From: Podarcis cretensis
Taxonomy: Eukaryota
Direction of reading: 5' to 3'
DNA: 64,000 bases
Assembly: GCA_951804945.1 (NCBI GenBank)
Contig: OX638156.1
Span: forward strand, 66,402,001-66,466,000
Shown: in pieces, positions 1 to 13,137 of the stretch
Numbering within the stretch: the stretch's first letter is position 1
Layout: each line of letters begins with the position of its first letter
Notes under the pieces: generated by a model
What the model was told of the DNA's origin: nothing
What the model saw: only the letters and a program-made list of their open reading frames with translations
Databases searched by the model: none
Position numbers and translations under genes: made by a program

Positions 1-695
1 CCTGTCAAATGATCAGGTTTCTACTTGTCCAGTATCTTAGAAAAACTTTCTTTCCTGCTGTTTCCTGGCACTTACAATTTTACCTCCTTGTTTCATATTT
101 TAAAATAATCTTATTTAATATAGCGTCCTTGTGCCTGAGACTTTTCGGAACAACCCCCAAACAGGAGTGCAAAGGTCCCTGCATCAAGGATGCTGCAGTT
201 TAAATATCAGCAGCGACAGGAGGGACATGGGGCAGTGGGGCTTCACAGTTGACTGTGAACAAATGCAACATGATTAGTTATTATATGCACCAATGGTTCT
301 CAAAGTAGGCTGCAATGCCCCCCGGGGGGGGATTACCTGGGGAGCGCTAATAATACTTAATAATAATAATAATTTTTATTTATACCCCTTCCTCCCCAGC
401 CAAGGCCAGGCTCAGGTCGGCTAAAAAGCAATAATAAAAACAAGTTGAATGAGGGAAAGGGGCAGCCAAGGGGGCTCTGGGATGTAAATGTCTATCAGAC
501 TTTGAAAAGCTGGTATCACTGGATCAAGTTTACTGGTTCCGGTGAATTAATTAAACGAAATAGTTTCAACTGGATTTTGAAGAGAAGTGCAATGAATTGT
601 TACCGCTTTGAATTTAACTGTGGTGTTATCTTCTGTAGCTGATTGTGCAAACTATTTTGAATAATGCTTTTTTATGGAATAGGGTAGAGGGTGCT

Positions 696-1078
696 GGGAT
701 GCGGGTGGCGCCGTGGTCTAAACCATTGAGCCTTCTTGGGCTTGCCGATCAGAAGGTCAGTGGTTCGAATCCCCATGGTGGTGTGAGCTCCCGTTGCTCA
801 GCCCCAGCTCCTGCCAACCTAGCAGTTCAAAAGCATGTCAGTGCAAGTAGATAAATAGGTACCGCTCCAGCGGGAAGGTAAACGGCGTTTCCGTGCGCTC
901 TGGTTTCCTTCACGGTGTTCTGTTGCACCAGAAGCAGTTTAGTCATGCTGGCCACATGACCCGGAAAGCTGTCTGTGGACAAACACTGGCTCCCTCAGCC
1001 TGAAAGCGAGATGAGTGTCGCAACCCCATAGTGGCCTTTGACTGGACTTAACCATCCAGGGGTCCTTTACCTTTACCT
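696..1078 (+). mobile_element. Sauria (POM/Squam1-type) SINE, older variant
   Basis: tRNA-like head gggatgcgggtggcg...ggttcgaatccc, conserved body, (TTTACC)n tail. Confidence 0.9.
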
Positions 1079-2843
1079 ATGGAACAAAGTAGGCAGTGGC
1101 CTCAATAGGTTTTGGAATCACTAATATACATCATCTATGTGCATTGTTTTTAGTAGAGTAACATAAGCACAAGAAGCGGGGGGGGGGGGGGTTCCCTGCC
1201 CCATGGCAATTACAGTCTCATATGACAGCAGCACAGAAACACAGGAGAAGGAATGTTAGCAAATGCGTTTTGCACTCCATTGGGTTTTGCTTCAGGTTGG
1301 GGATAAACCCCTTGATCCTGTCAAGGATTAAGGGCTTTACCCAGAGATGGGGACCCTGCCAGCACGGCCGAGGGTCAGGAGTACTGGGAGTTGTAATGCA
1401 ACAACCCGGTTCCCTATCCCTGCTTGGGTGGAAACAGTGGATGTTTGAAGGAAGAATTGTGGTTGCCGTGTTGGTGTTCTAGGAGGGTGCTGGAGGAACA
1501 AGGACTTGGGTTACTTTGGGGCTACATAGACATTAGAACATCATCCTCCCCTTGCTGCATTTCAAGTTGCATCCTACATTGCTGTACAGACTATAGCGGG
1601 AGCAACCCAATGACCTTCACCTGCTTTGTTTCCCTGCACCAAATTTCTTAAGTCACCAAAGCTATCGACTGAGCATGTGCAATGGCCTCCTGAAACTGTA
1701 CACACCTCAGCATCAGTGCAGCTTCTGTTTTTGGATAGGGGAAAGCTGGCTTGTGGGATAGCGCATCCAGCAGGAGCATTCATCCAGGAGCCACAGGATG
1801 CTTCTGGGTTGTAGCTGGAGTCATACATACTCGACTTCAAACGCCAGCAGCAGAAGCATGGCAGAGCAGGAGTAAGTGGTAATGTGTATACACAGCATTC
1901 AGAGCGGAGGAGGCTCTGGAGAGGGGTGGACATTGAGAGCGTCCTGCATCAGGCTGTGGCTCCGCCTAGTCCAGTATTGTTGCCTGCCCACTGATCCTTT
2001 CCAGGATTCGAACTCGGGGCCTTCCGCATAAGAGCATCTAAAGAGCCTGCTGCACCAAGGCAATTGAATAGCCCATCTGGTCTAGCATCCTGTCCTCACA
2101 GTGGCCAACCAGATGCCCCAATCAGGAATCCTACAAGCAGGACCTGAGCAACTCTCCCACCTTGTGCTCTGCCAGTAACTGGTATTCAGAAGCATTGCCA
2201 CCTCTGACAGTGGAGGCAGGTTCTGGTGTGATGAGAGAGGGAGAAAAACTTCCCCCTGCCCACTTAAGAAATGCACGCAGGGAACGTGTCCTTGCTGGCT
2301 GTGTCCTTCTGCAACCTAGAAACAATTTTTGCATCAGGTGAGATCCTTTGTGCATCCCGCCCAGGGCCGGCAGACAGCGCTCCAAGCTCTCAGGCAGAGC
2401 AAGGGTCTGTTTGCATCATCTCCCACCTTTCAAGAGAGTTGCCCGTAGTTGTTGCTTTAAGTGATGCAGCAGCATTTGGGGGGCCTTGAGATAATTGGAT
2501 ATCCGGAGTTCTCGCCGCCAGCAACCACCCGACGCAACAGCCCGCACGGCTCTTCTGGCAAGGGGGGGTGGGATGTACGTCGGTGCTGATGTGTTGGCAA
2601 AATCCAGACCAATTAGCTTTTCCCCAGAGCGAGTCTGGGAGGCCGTCCAGTCCCTGTTAATCGGGGAAAATGCATTAAGAGAGGGATAAAAGGCGAAACA
2701 GCCTCGTTCTGAGCTTCGAGAGTAGAACAGCCACTTAGCCTCGGAAATCTCTGCATTAACGGGATCGCTGCTCGGGAATGTGCCACTGGCTGACCTAATG
2801 GAGTCTGGCTACCAGGGGTCTCTGCACACGAAGCCCCCCGCTC

Positions 2844-2860
2844 CTCTCCCCGGTGCTGAA
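2844..2860 (-). promoter_or_regulatory. RE1/NRSE (REST) motif
   Basis: Minus strand TTCAGCACCGGGGAGAG fits the 17-bp consensus NTYAGMRCCNNRGMSAG without mismatch. Confidence 0.55.
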
Positions 2861-4184
2861 AACCCTCCCGCTCACATGGATACCACTTAGTGTTTTGTTC
2901 AGGAGGGGAAATCATGAATTGCTCAACTAGAAAAGTATCTTAAGAGGTGTACACTAAACAGCATAAAACAATGATCACTTATGCACAGCTAAGATCAGCA
3001 AATATTTAAAAAGCAAATATGCATGTTATTTGCCTAGCAGAAAAAAATTTCTCTCTCTCTCTCTCTCTCTCTCTGCTTCTTAAAACAATTGTCTTAATTG
3101 CATTCAATATCGTTCCTTTCCTTCCTGATTTTTCTGCTGACCTTTGAGCTGTTTGTGGTTCTAGTTCTGCCCAGGCTCTCAAGTAGAATCCCGGGGGCCC
3201 TCTGTACATGGTCTGGCACCTTTTGCAACCTGCAGATTTATTTATTTATTGGTGCACTTTTAGTGGGGATGGCAGGCATTTCATCTCAGGGCAATTCGAG
3301 CCCCACATGGTGTGAAAAGATTCCTGCGTTGCAGGGGGTTGAGCTAGATGACCGTTGTGGTCCCCTCTATGATTGAACCTGCGACATTCTGCATGCAAAG
3401 CAAGGGCTCTACCTTCTGCGCTATGGCGCTCCCCTTAAGAACACAGAGTGTTGCTTTATGATGAGAAATGCAACAAGGAAGGACATTGCTTTAAAAAAAA
3501 TAAATCAAAAGGGAGGACAAAAATGGGTGATGCTCTCATTCCCGCAGAATCCACCACCGTTTCCATTCCCATGCCACAGCTCATTAAAGCCAGAGAAATG
3601 GAAGCCTCTGGGGTTTTCTGTTTGAGGGAGGGGGCATTTTTGATGAATTGGAGGCCGGGTTTCAGCAGAACACTGCTCTACCACCCTAGAGAGCCTCTAC
3701 CAGTCGGTGTAGATGGACCAATAGCCTGGCTTCACGTGAGACATCTTCCTACTTCACTTATATCAGTGACCTATTACCTGCATCATGTGCAGAAGGTTCA
3801 TTCCTGGCATCTCCAGGTAGTACTTCTAACCCTATAGATGAGTTAATGCAATGAATATATGGAGGCAGTTTTTGTAGGGGGTGTATGTTACAGGGCTAGG
3901 ATTTTTTTAGTGGGGGGTGGAAAATCTTCTCATGGGAGAGCTTGTCCATTGCTCCTCCAAAATAGCCCCTTATTTCTTCCCAGGGGAACATGCCAAGCTT
4001 TTATATGATAAAGGAACAGGCTTGCCATTGGGTTTATAAACCATCTTCTTGACCTCTGGTGACACCCCTATCTTCTATGACCCCTTGGTCACACCGCAGT
4101 GTGACATTCAAAATCGGTTTCTAAGACAGGATGTAAATACCGCCCATCGTTATCAACGGTCACTTGATGACACATAGCTTAACA

Positions 4185-4506
4185 CAGGGGTCAGCAACCT
4201 TTTTCAGCCGTGGGCCAGTTCACCGTCCTTCAGACCATGTGGTGGGCCAGACTATATTTTGGAAAAAAATAATGAACAAATTCCTATGCCCCACAAATAA
4301 CCCAGATGTGCATTTTAAATAAAAGCACACATTCTACTCATGTAAAAACACCAGGCAGGCCCCACAAATAACCCAGAGATGCATTTTAAATAAAAGGACA
4401 CATTCTACTCATGTAAAAACACGCTGATTTCCAGACTGTCCGTGGGCCAGATTGAGAAGGTGATTGGGCTGCATCCAGCCCATGGGCCTTAGGTTGCCTA
4501 CTTCTG
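4185..4506 (+). mobile_element. hAT MITE
   Basis: CAGGGGTCAGCAACCT terminus, 8-bp TSD GCTTAACA, internal duplicated unit of about 70 bp. Confidence 0.88.
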
Positions 4507-5339
4507 GCTTAACATTTCGAACTAGGCTGTAAATTATTTGGGGGAGGGGATGAGATAGGGTGTGCCTTAATCCCAAGATCTGTACCCGAGGGACAATCTC
4601 TCTCTGCCGAAAAGGAAAGGATTGCGGTGCATTTTCTGGGCAAACGGAATACTTTCCAGAAGTCCTGGTTGCCAGCAGGCTTCCGCAGTGACTCCAGGTG
4701 GGGTCTGGCCAAGGCGGAAGAGAGAGGGTCCTATTCCTTTAATCTGGACAGTATGCTTCCATTGATGCAGCCTAGAATTGCACACGCTTCAACCACACTG
4801 TTGACCCATGTTAGCCTTGTGGTCTACCAAGACCCCTGAATCCTTTTCATGTGTCAAGCCAGGCATCCCCCATCCTATATTTGTGCACCTGAAGATCCCT
4901 GTCTCAAGTGGAGGACCTTGCATTTGTCCCTGCTGAAACCATTTTGTGCAATTTCTGCTTAGGGAATTTGCCGCTCCCCTGCAACAAGAAGGTTGAGTTT
5001 GACTAGAGCCAAAGTTTGCCGCTGCTTCTTTTAGCCAAGGTGACTTTCGCTCCATACTGTGGTTTGCCAAGGAAAAGGGATCCATCCCATCCTTGGCAAA
5101 GCTGCTCCTGACTTCTGGCTCTACCAGGAGCAGGGAGAGAGACTTCTGGCCCATCCCGAGCCATCCATCAACCCATCTCTCTGCCTCCATCGCCGCCGTG
5201 ACAGCATCCAAGGCCTGGAAGGCACCTTCTCTCTGCACCTGACAGGTTTGCACCGAGAAGAAGTGAGTGATGGACGCCAGTCCTCATCAATCGGCTGCTT
5301 TCCCCAAATGCTTTTAGAACGAGAGGATCCTGAATAATT

Positions 5340-5588
5340 TAGCTCCCGTTTGGTAAAGGGGAGGTGGGGCGGGGTGGGAGAGAGATCCTTAATAGGCCTT
5401 AATGGATCTGCTGCTAAACATCTTTGACTCTGGAGGGACCTGCCTCAGTCCAGGATAGCGCTTGACGGCTGGCGTCGACACTCCCCTAATGAAAGCCACG
5501 CCTGTGCGCTCGTTAAGAGCCCTCCGTGCAAAACCTAACGAGCTAGAACTTTTATTTAATGAGCAGGATTCCGAGAAACCGGGTGAGT
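5340..5588 (+). promoter_or_regulatory. Candidate promoter and non-coding first exon for the MLSM isoform
   Basis: GC box GGGGCGGGG at 5366-5374, CpG-enriched non-repeat sequence, strong donor CGG|gtgagt after 5582. Exon A has an acceptor, so it needs an upstream exon. Confidence 0.45.
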
Positions 5589-6789
5589 TTGGGCGGATAC
5601 CGGAGCGATCGGGACCAGAGCGAGGGCAAGGTTTGTTGGAGATTTCACTGTTTTGCAGGAGAGAGGCTAGGAATCCTGAGGTCTTGATGGCGAGGAAGCC
5701 TTTGTTGGTGGGGAAAAGGGTGGCTGCCTCTTCCTTTAGGGTTTTGACCACCCAGCATCTATTCAGAGATGGTTCCCCCCAGGTGATTCTCCATCTTTCT
5801 CCGCTTGACATCAGGGCATCTTCTCCAGGAGGTTTTGCGGTTATTTAAATTTCGGGGATAGGGATGCAAAACTTGGGTGGTGTGTTTGTTTTTGTTTTTT
5901 GATAAGTATGAGATGTTTGGAATTTGAGGAAAGATGAGAGATTTCAGCGATGGTTGGATTTTTATTTTATTTTTTGCATTGTATGGTGAGACAGGTTCTA
6001 GCAAGGGCAGAGAGCTATGGTGAACTCCAACCGACCTCCATTGTAGATGGAATGGTTCCGTTCGCTTTTCCCAGCCTGAAGGTTAAAACACGGAAATAAA
6101 CTCCTGAGTTCAATGGGATTTGCTTGTTAGCAAGCGTGCGCAGGATTGAACCCTTACAGAATCAGGCGGCTATTGTTGTTTCAGGGCAGCGGTGAGTTTT
6201 GATTTTAGAAAAGGAAGAAAGCAACCAGAAGATACTGGTTTCAAATCCCAGAAATGGCTGAGGCTGTAGGAATTCACTCCTAATGCCTTCCTGTATTTAA
6301 TTTCTTTTAAGTATTCTATGTGGTCCAGGGATGTCTCTGCGTGAAAATGGTATGTTATTTTCAGATCTGAGATTGATTTCCCTTGAATTTTCTGTTTGTG
6401 CATTATGTGGCTGTGCGTCATTTTCCTTCCCTTTCTGCATATTATTTTAATTTAATTAATAAACCCTGCTATGCCGCACACTTACCATTCCTGAAGGATT
6501 GCCCAGAATGCCCATAAACCTTTGACCGCATATGCAAGGTTGGTTGCATACCTAGGAGTTGATGTGCTTGAGAGTTTCAAGAAGAATGAGCATAAGGGAA
6601 TGGCCAGAGTATTAGGCTGGAGAAAGCAGGGTCCTTGAACCCTGCCTGGAGTTGAATCTTATTGGGTGGCCCCTGGAAGCTTAGGGTCTCAACTTAATTT
6701 AGCTTTGAGGGTTGCTATGAGGATAATTTTACCACTTTCAGCTTCTTGAAGGAAGGGCTTCCATTGCACTCCCAAATCTCCTTTACAGA

Positions 6790-7370
6790 CTCTTAGAATT
6801 GTAGAGTTGAAAGTGACCTCAGATCTATTCCAATCCCCCCTGCAATGCAAGAATCACAGCTAAAGATTCATCCAGCTTCTGTTTAGAAACTTCCATGGAA
6901 GGAGAATCCACCACTTTCTGCGGGAGTCCATTCCACTGTCAAACGGCTCTTTCCTTTTTTTAAATTTTATTTTTAATACTTTAATTTTGCTTTAAACAAA
7001 TTCAAATAAATATAGACACCAAAATTACAAAAGAAAATTCCTTAATAATAATAATAATAATAATGAAAAAAGCTAAAAAAAAACTACAAACCTCTTTCCA
7101 TCACAGAATTCTTCCTAAAGATTAGTCAGAATCTCCTTTCTTGTAAATTGAATCCATTGGTTCGGATCCTAAGAAACAGGATTTTCCCATCTTTGTAACA
7201 ACCCTTTAGATATTTGACGATGGGTCTTGTATCACCTCCCAGTCTTCTCCAGGCAAAACATACCCAACTCCGTCAACCGTTCCTCAAAAGGCTTGGTTTC
7301 CAGAACATGGTCACCCTTCTCAGCACACCTTCCACATCTGTGATGCCCCAAAATGGACACAGATAGTCTA
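6790..7370 (-). mobile_element. CR1 3' fragment
   Basis: Reverse CR1 3' end (tagaattgtagagttg...ccactgtcaaacggctct). Similar pieces at 4730-4950(-), 32520-32815(+), 44567-45085(-), 62915-63075(-). Confidence 0.75.
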
Positions 7371-7734
7371 GATTAGTCAGTCTAAACATGCACCAACTAG
7401 CACATCTTGCTGCATGCCCACTACACAGGCTATATACCAGGGGTGGGTAACATTTTTCCTGCTAATGACCACATTCTCTTGGGAATATTCTATAGCAGGC
7501 CATATATAAGCAGTAGGTGGGGCCAGCTTTCTTCCCATTCTTCTGTTCCCCTTTCTTTCTCTTTCTGATACTCACCCCCCCCCCCTCTCCAGAAGTCTAG
7601 AGCTGATTGCTTGCAAAGCGCTTTTGAGATTAGGGTAAGGGCTGCATGCAACTCTAAGGCTGCAGAATACCAACCCTTGTCCAATATGCACTCTGATCCT
7701 CCCAGACACTTGTGTGTAAATAACCAAGGGGGCA

Positions 7735-8010
7735 GGCAGAGACCCCACTTGAAATACTGTGTCCAGTTCTGGGCACCACATCTAAGGAGGATATTGGCAG
7801 GCTGGAATGTGTGCAGCCTGGAATGTTTCGCCCTAAGGAGAGGAAACGGGGGGGGGGGGGGTGATAGGAGAGCCGCCTTAAAATATCTAAAGAGCTGTCA
7901 CATAGAAGATGGAGAAAGCTTGTTTTCTTGTGGGTAGAACCCAAACCAACGGATTCAAATGACAAGAAAGGCGATTCCAACTAGACCTTAGGAAGAACTT
8001 TCTGCACGGA
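7735..8010 (+). mobile_element. CR1 ORF2 C-terminal remnant
   Basis: RPHLKYCVQFWAPH...KYLKSCH motif. Confidence 0.8.
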
Positions 8011-8434
8011 AAAGTCCATTCTTTTATCTGTCTGGAATCCTCCCACATTAAGCTTCAATGATCAAGAGGATTTTAGCTAATCAATTTATCAGCTAATTGT
8101 TGCAGTCTAGAGCTGCTTTCCCAGCTGGGGGCTGATTTATTTATTCCATTTATATTCCCACCTTTTCCCCTCCAAGGAGCTCAAGGTGGCATACATGGTT
8201 CTCCCCCTGCTCACAACAACCCTGTGAGGTAGGTTAGACTGAGGGGCAGTGATTGGCCCAAGGTCTCCCGGTGAGATTCATATCCAAGCAAGTCTTGGTC
8301 TGTAACTCTTAAGTGCTATAACACATTGACTCTCTGATTTGCCCTGATGGAGCCACTGCCACTACCCGCTGCACTTATCCAGGAGCAAGCCGTTTTGCAC
8401 CTAGTGAAATTTACTTCCCTGTAAACATGCCCCC

Positions 8435-8791
8435 GGGACGCGGGTGGCGCTGTGGATTAAACCACAGAGCCTAGGACTTGCTGATCAGAAGGTCGGCGGT
8501 TCAAATCCCCTGATGGGATGAGCTCCCATTGCTCGGTCCCTGCTTCTGCCAACCTAGCAGTTCGAAAGCACATCAAAGTGCAAGTAGATAAATAGGTACC
8601 ACTCTGGCGGGAAGGTAAACAGCATTTCCGTGTGCTGCTCTGGTTCACCAGAATTGGCATAGTCATGCTGGCCACATGACCCGGAAGCTGTACACCGGCT
8701 CCCTCAGCCAGTAAAGCAATATGAGCACCGCAACCCCAGAGTCGGTCACGACTGGACCTAATGGTCATGGGTCTCTTTACCTTTACCTTTT
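8435..8791 (+). mobile_element. Sauria SINE, full length
   Basis: Same consensus; 13-bp TSD TAAACATGCCCCC at 8422-8434 and 8792-8804. Confidence 0.93.
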
Positions 8792-9618
8792 TAAACATGC
8801 CCCCAGCTTTCATTTCAGTGCCTCAGCTACCATAGCTTTGAGGGATGCTGGATTAGAACATCGGCAAAGAACATCTGTGGTTGATAGACACCAGCTCCCT
8901 TCATCCCTGACAATTGGCCATCATGCTGGCCGATGGCAGCTGGAGCCCAACAACCGCTGGAGGGCCACGGATAGAAGAATAGAATTGTAGAGTTGGAAGG
9001 GACCCCCAAAGGTCATCCAACCCAACCCCCTGAAATGCAGGAAAATGACCCCCACCCCACCCCTGTCTTAGAAGCTGTTTGGATCAGCAAGCCAGACCGT
9101 GAGCCACAAACAGGTTCAACATATCTGTATCCTGGGCCACTGAGGTGGGGGCATACCGCTTGCAATATCTCCAGCCCTCCCCAGATTGCATTACAGAGGA
9201 ACTGGATTGAGCAACCTCTCACTATCCACTCCCCTTGGGACCAAAGAATCAGACTATAGAAAGAAGGCGGGTTCCCTTGCTGATATCAACGATCCCTTTA
9301 AAAGCTGCAGTCTCAGCTACTCTAACAGCCTCGAGTGCTGCCTTTATCGTCCTAAACTCGAGGATTTCAGTGCAATTGATTGGAAATGAAATTTCGCGGG
9401 GATCCTTCATTCCTCTTGAAGCCTAATGGGTATTGATCAAGCCCAGAGCATCCCCTTTTGATGGGGGCCAGGGATGCCCATTGGCGGGTCTTCCCAAGGT
9501 TCAGTGTGACAAAATTTGCACAGCGGTCTCTGATGCAGCGAAGGGGCTTTGTTATCCCTGAACAAAGGAATGGGGAAGGAAATGGACAGAAAGGGACATT
9601 TCCTTCCAGTCATTCGAC

Positions 9619-9621
<3 letters not shown>

Positions 9622-9684
<63 letters not shown>

Positions 9685-9692
9685 TACATACA
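9622..9692. repeat. (TC)n(CA)n compound microsatellite
   Basis: Seen directly. Confidence 0.97.
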
Positions 9693-9967
9693 GTGTCCCC
9701 ATGCAATGGACTTAACCTCCTACAGTTAAAAATCACCTTAATAATAATTGGAATCAAAATATTATTCAGACTAATAATAATGTGAATGACCGTGGATCTA
9801 AGATGATGATTAAATGAATTTCAGTAACAGAAAATAAAGGGCTGAAAGAACAAAGAAAACGAGGAGGAAAAAAGTGTAGAAAATAAAATAAGAAAGAAAG
9901 GTATGGTATAATACGACAAATATAATCAGTTACATTTCCATACATTAATATATAGATATATAACTAA

Positions 9968-10053
9968 TTGTTGTTGTTGTTTAGTCGTTTAGTCGTGTCC
10001 AACTCTTTGTGACCCCATGGACCAGAGCACACCAGGCACTCCTGTCATCCACT
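9968..10053 (-). mobile_element. BovB/RTE LINE 3' terminal fragment
   Basis: (TTG)n-tttagtcgtttagtcgtgtcc-actctttgtgaccccatggac is the reverse complement of the BovB 3' end. Confidence 0.75.
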
Positions 10054-12706
10054 AATATTATAATAATAACAACTAATATTATAATATAATATTTTATATA
10101 ATAATAACTAATATTGTCCAGATGCACTGTCTAATTGACAGTGGACCTAAGTTGCAGGAACCAAGGATGTTGTCTTATACTGAGTCAGATCATTTGGTCC
10201 ATTTAGTTCAGTACAGTGACCAGCCCCAACTCTCTCTTTTCTGCCCAGTTCTCTTTTAAAGCCATCCAAGTCAATGGCCACCCCTGCCTCCTTTGGGAAT
10301 GAGTTCTGTAATTTAACTCTGTGCTGAGTATCTGTCCCGAATCTCCTGACATTCAGCTACATTGGCTGTCCACAGATTCCTGTGTTATGAGAGAGGAAGA
10401 AAATCTTTCCTCTGTCCACTTTCTCTATGCCATGCATTATTTCATAAACTCCTACCATGCTGTCTCTTATTCGTGTTTTCTCCAGAGTTCAGAATGCTGC
10501 ATCCTTTCATCACAGGGGAGTCATTCCATCCCCTCCTTGATCATTTTGGCTGGCCTTTTCTGAACAGAGCCCCTTCCTCTGTCTCATCTGTCCTCCCTCC
10601 ATCCTTAAAAAGCTGCCTCATGCTGAGCCAGACCAATACTCCACCTCGCTTGTTATTGTCTACACCAGTGTTTCCCAAATTCGGGTCTCCATCTGTTTTT
10701 GAACTACAATTCCCATCATCCCTGACTACCCATCCTGCTGGCTAGGGATGATGGGATTTGTAGTCCAAAAACAGCTGGAGACCCGAATTTGGGAAACACT
10801 AGACCCGTGACTGGCTGCAAAGGCTCTCTAGAGTTTTAGGCAAGGTCATCTTTCCTACCTGGAGATGCCATTGGAGATTGAACCTAGAACTTTGTGCGTG
10901 CAAAGCAGTTGCTCTACCAGAGAGCTAGATTTCAGGGAGCAATTTAGTTGAACCGTGCTCCTATCGGCTTCTAAAAGCAGTAGCTATGGTGGTAAAGAGC
11001 TCAAGTCCACTATAATCTGAGCACCACAAGTTCACGACAGAGGTTACCGCACAAACCACCACATGTGTGGTCACGCTCTTTCCCCATCTCCTTGCTTGGA
11101 GAAATGCAAAATGCACCCAGAGCTCCAGAAATGTTTCTGGTGCCCTCTCCCACCATTGGTGGTCTGGGGCAGCCAGCAAGACACCTTAGGCAGATGCAGT
11201 GAAGAGAAAAACCCTGTGCCCTGATGTCTGTTGAGGGCAGATGTTTCCTGGATCAGCCCCAGCTGAAGGTCTGAGCCGCCTGGCAGGATCCACTGCAGCT
11301 GAAAAGCTTGGCTTGGGTAGAGGAATGCAGCACCAAGGTTGGTGCAGAGAGGTTATGAGATCTTCTTTCTTGAAAATGTAGCCTTCTCAGTTGAGCGAGA
11401 AGACATTCATTTACAGCAGGGTTGAGGAACCAGTAGCCCTCCAGGTCTTGCTGGGGCTGGGAAGTGGAGCCCATTAGCAGCTGGAAGACCACAGGATCCC
11501 CATCCCTGACCTATGAAACCTGCAGGAAGCAAGCACCTGCAGGGCAGGCAGGATGAAGCAGCTGAGATCCCATGCATGCGTCTTCTAAGAAGCAAAGAAG
11601 GTCCCCTCTGTTTCATCTGAAACACTTGGTGCTTGGAAGTAGGCTGTCTCTGGCTGTGAAGGTTGACCATGGTCCCTCAAGCACTGGGTGACGCTTGGCT
11701 ATTTAAGATGCTCTGATAAGTTTTAAGCTGGAGTCTGTACTCGGGCTCTGTCATGACGATAAGAAGAATGCTGCTGAGTCAAGCAAGTGGCCCATCTAAC
11801 AGCATTCAGAATGCCGTCGCACCATAGATTTCTATAACGACATTATGATAGTGGTGCTTTTATTTTCAGTTTTTCTCCTAAGAAATTTCTCTAGCATGGA
11901 ATTTGCCCTTTTCCCACTGGGTCAACATCTTCATTGAGCTATCTGCTACGACCCCAAGGTCTCATTCCTGATCCATCACTGCCCTTTCAGCCCCCTGACC
12001 ATGTTTGTGAAATTAAGACCTTTTTTTTGCCCTAACATGCCCTCCCTGGTTGGATGGAGATCTGTTGTATATTAATAAGGTTTGGAGGTTTTCAAGTCTG
12101 CGTTTTAATCATTCATACACAGTAACTGTCTAAATCATTCATATTTTGTGTTGATGCCATCTACCCATTTCATCCTGAGATCTGTTCTTCTTTTTTCCAT
12201 TCCGTAGTAGATAGTGCCAAGCTATTTAGAATCTTTTTGAGGCTCTTTGTGTTTTGTTTTTCCTGTGCTTCCTTCTCCCTTCTCCCCCTTTTTATTTTTC
12301 CCTCCTGCTCTGTCTCCTTGACTTTTGGCTACAACCCTTTCTCACCCATCCCCCAAAATGGGTCTGTACTTGCTAAGAACGCAGTGGCGGTTCCTGTGCG
12401 ACTCTGATGTGGTGCTGGATGAAGGCAGCAGGCTCAGTGTGACCTTTACAAACCCTCTTCTGGTTTCATGGAAGGGTGCATTGTCGGTGTGTTGAACCTG
12501 TTGAGGATGCAGCTGGAAATCTTTGGGTCTGAACAACCTCTGTTGGTCAAAGAGTATGCAAGCTTGCCTTGATTTCAGTAGCTTGATTTCCCAGTGTATC
12601 TCCAACAAGCATGGTTGGTGGTGAGAAATGATGGGTGTTGCAGTCCAGCAACTTTTCAGCCATGGGAAATGCATTGGCTCGTACACATTACCCTGGAGCA
12701 TGGGAG

Positions 12707-13137
12707 CAGTGCTGGATTTATGTATAAGCTAAACAAGCTATAGCTTAGGGTCCCACTCTCTTGGGGGGCCCCAAAAAAATTAAAGGGAAATAACTAGATG
12801 TACATTTCCAAAATATAAGATAAAAAACAAATAAAATAAAACCTACATACAGCAACAGTGTTTTGTGTTGTGTAGGCTCCTATGATGTAAGTAATGGGCC
12901 CTGCCTGCTAGCCTGCTCCCTAAAATATCACTGGTTTTCTCATTTCTATATATAGGGTCCCTACATTCTGCATGTGCAAATGGCTTTAGATACCTATTAG
13001 ATCCATCAATTACCATATGGCATATATTCAACACAAAAAACAGCGACAATTTGTTGTTGACAAAGGACAGCTGGACATATAAAGGGCCCCATTCCCTTCA
13101 GTAGCTTAGGGCCTCATCAAACCTAAATCCGGCCCTG
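12707..13137. mobile_element. Non-autonomous hAT-like element
   Basis: TIRs CAGTGCTGGATTTA / TAAATCCGGCCCTG; 8-bp TSD CATGGGAG. Confidence 0.85.

Noticed and set aside
3523-3600. PAESTT resembling the canonical Kvb2 start MYPESTT
   Set aside because: No further similarity, no suitable donor and no STRYGSPKRQLQFYR exon found. The canonical exons are probably upstream of the window.
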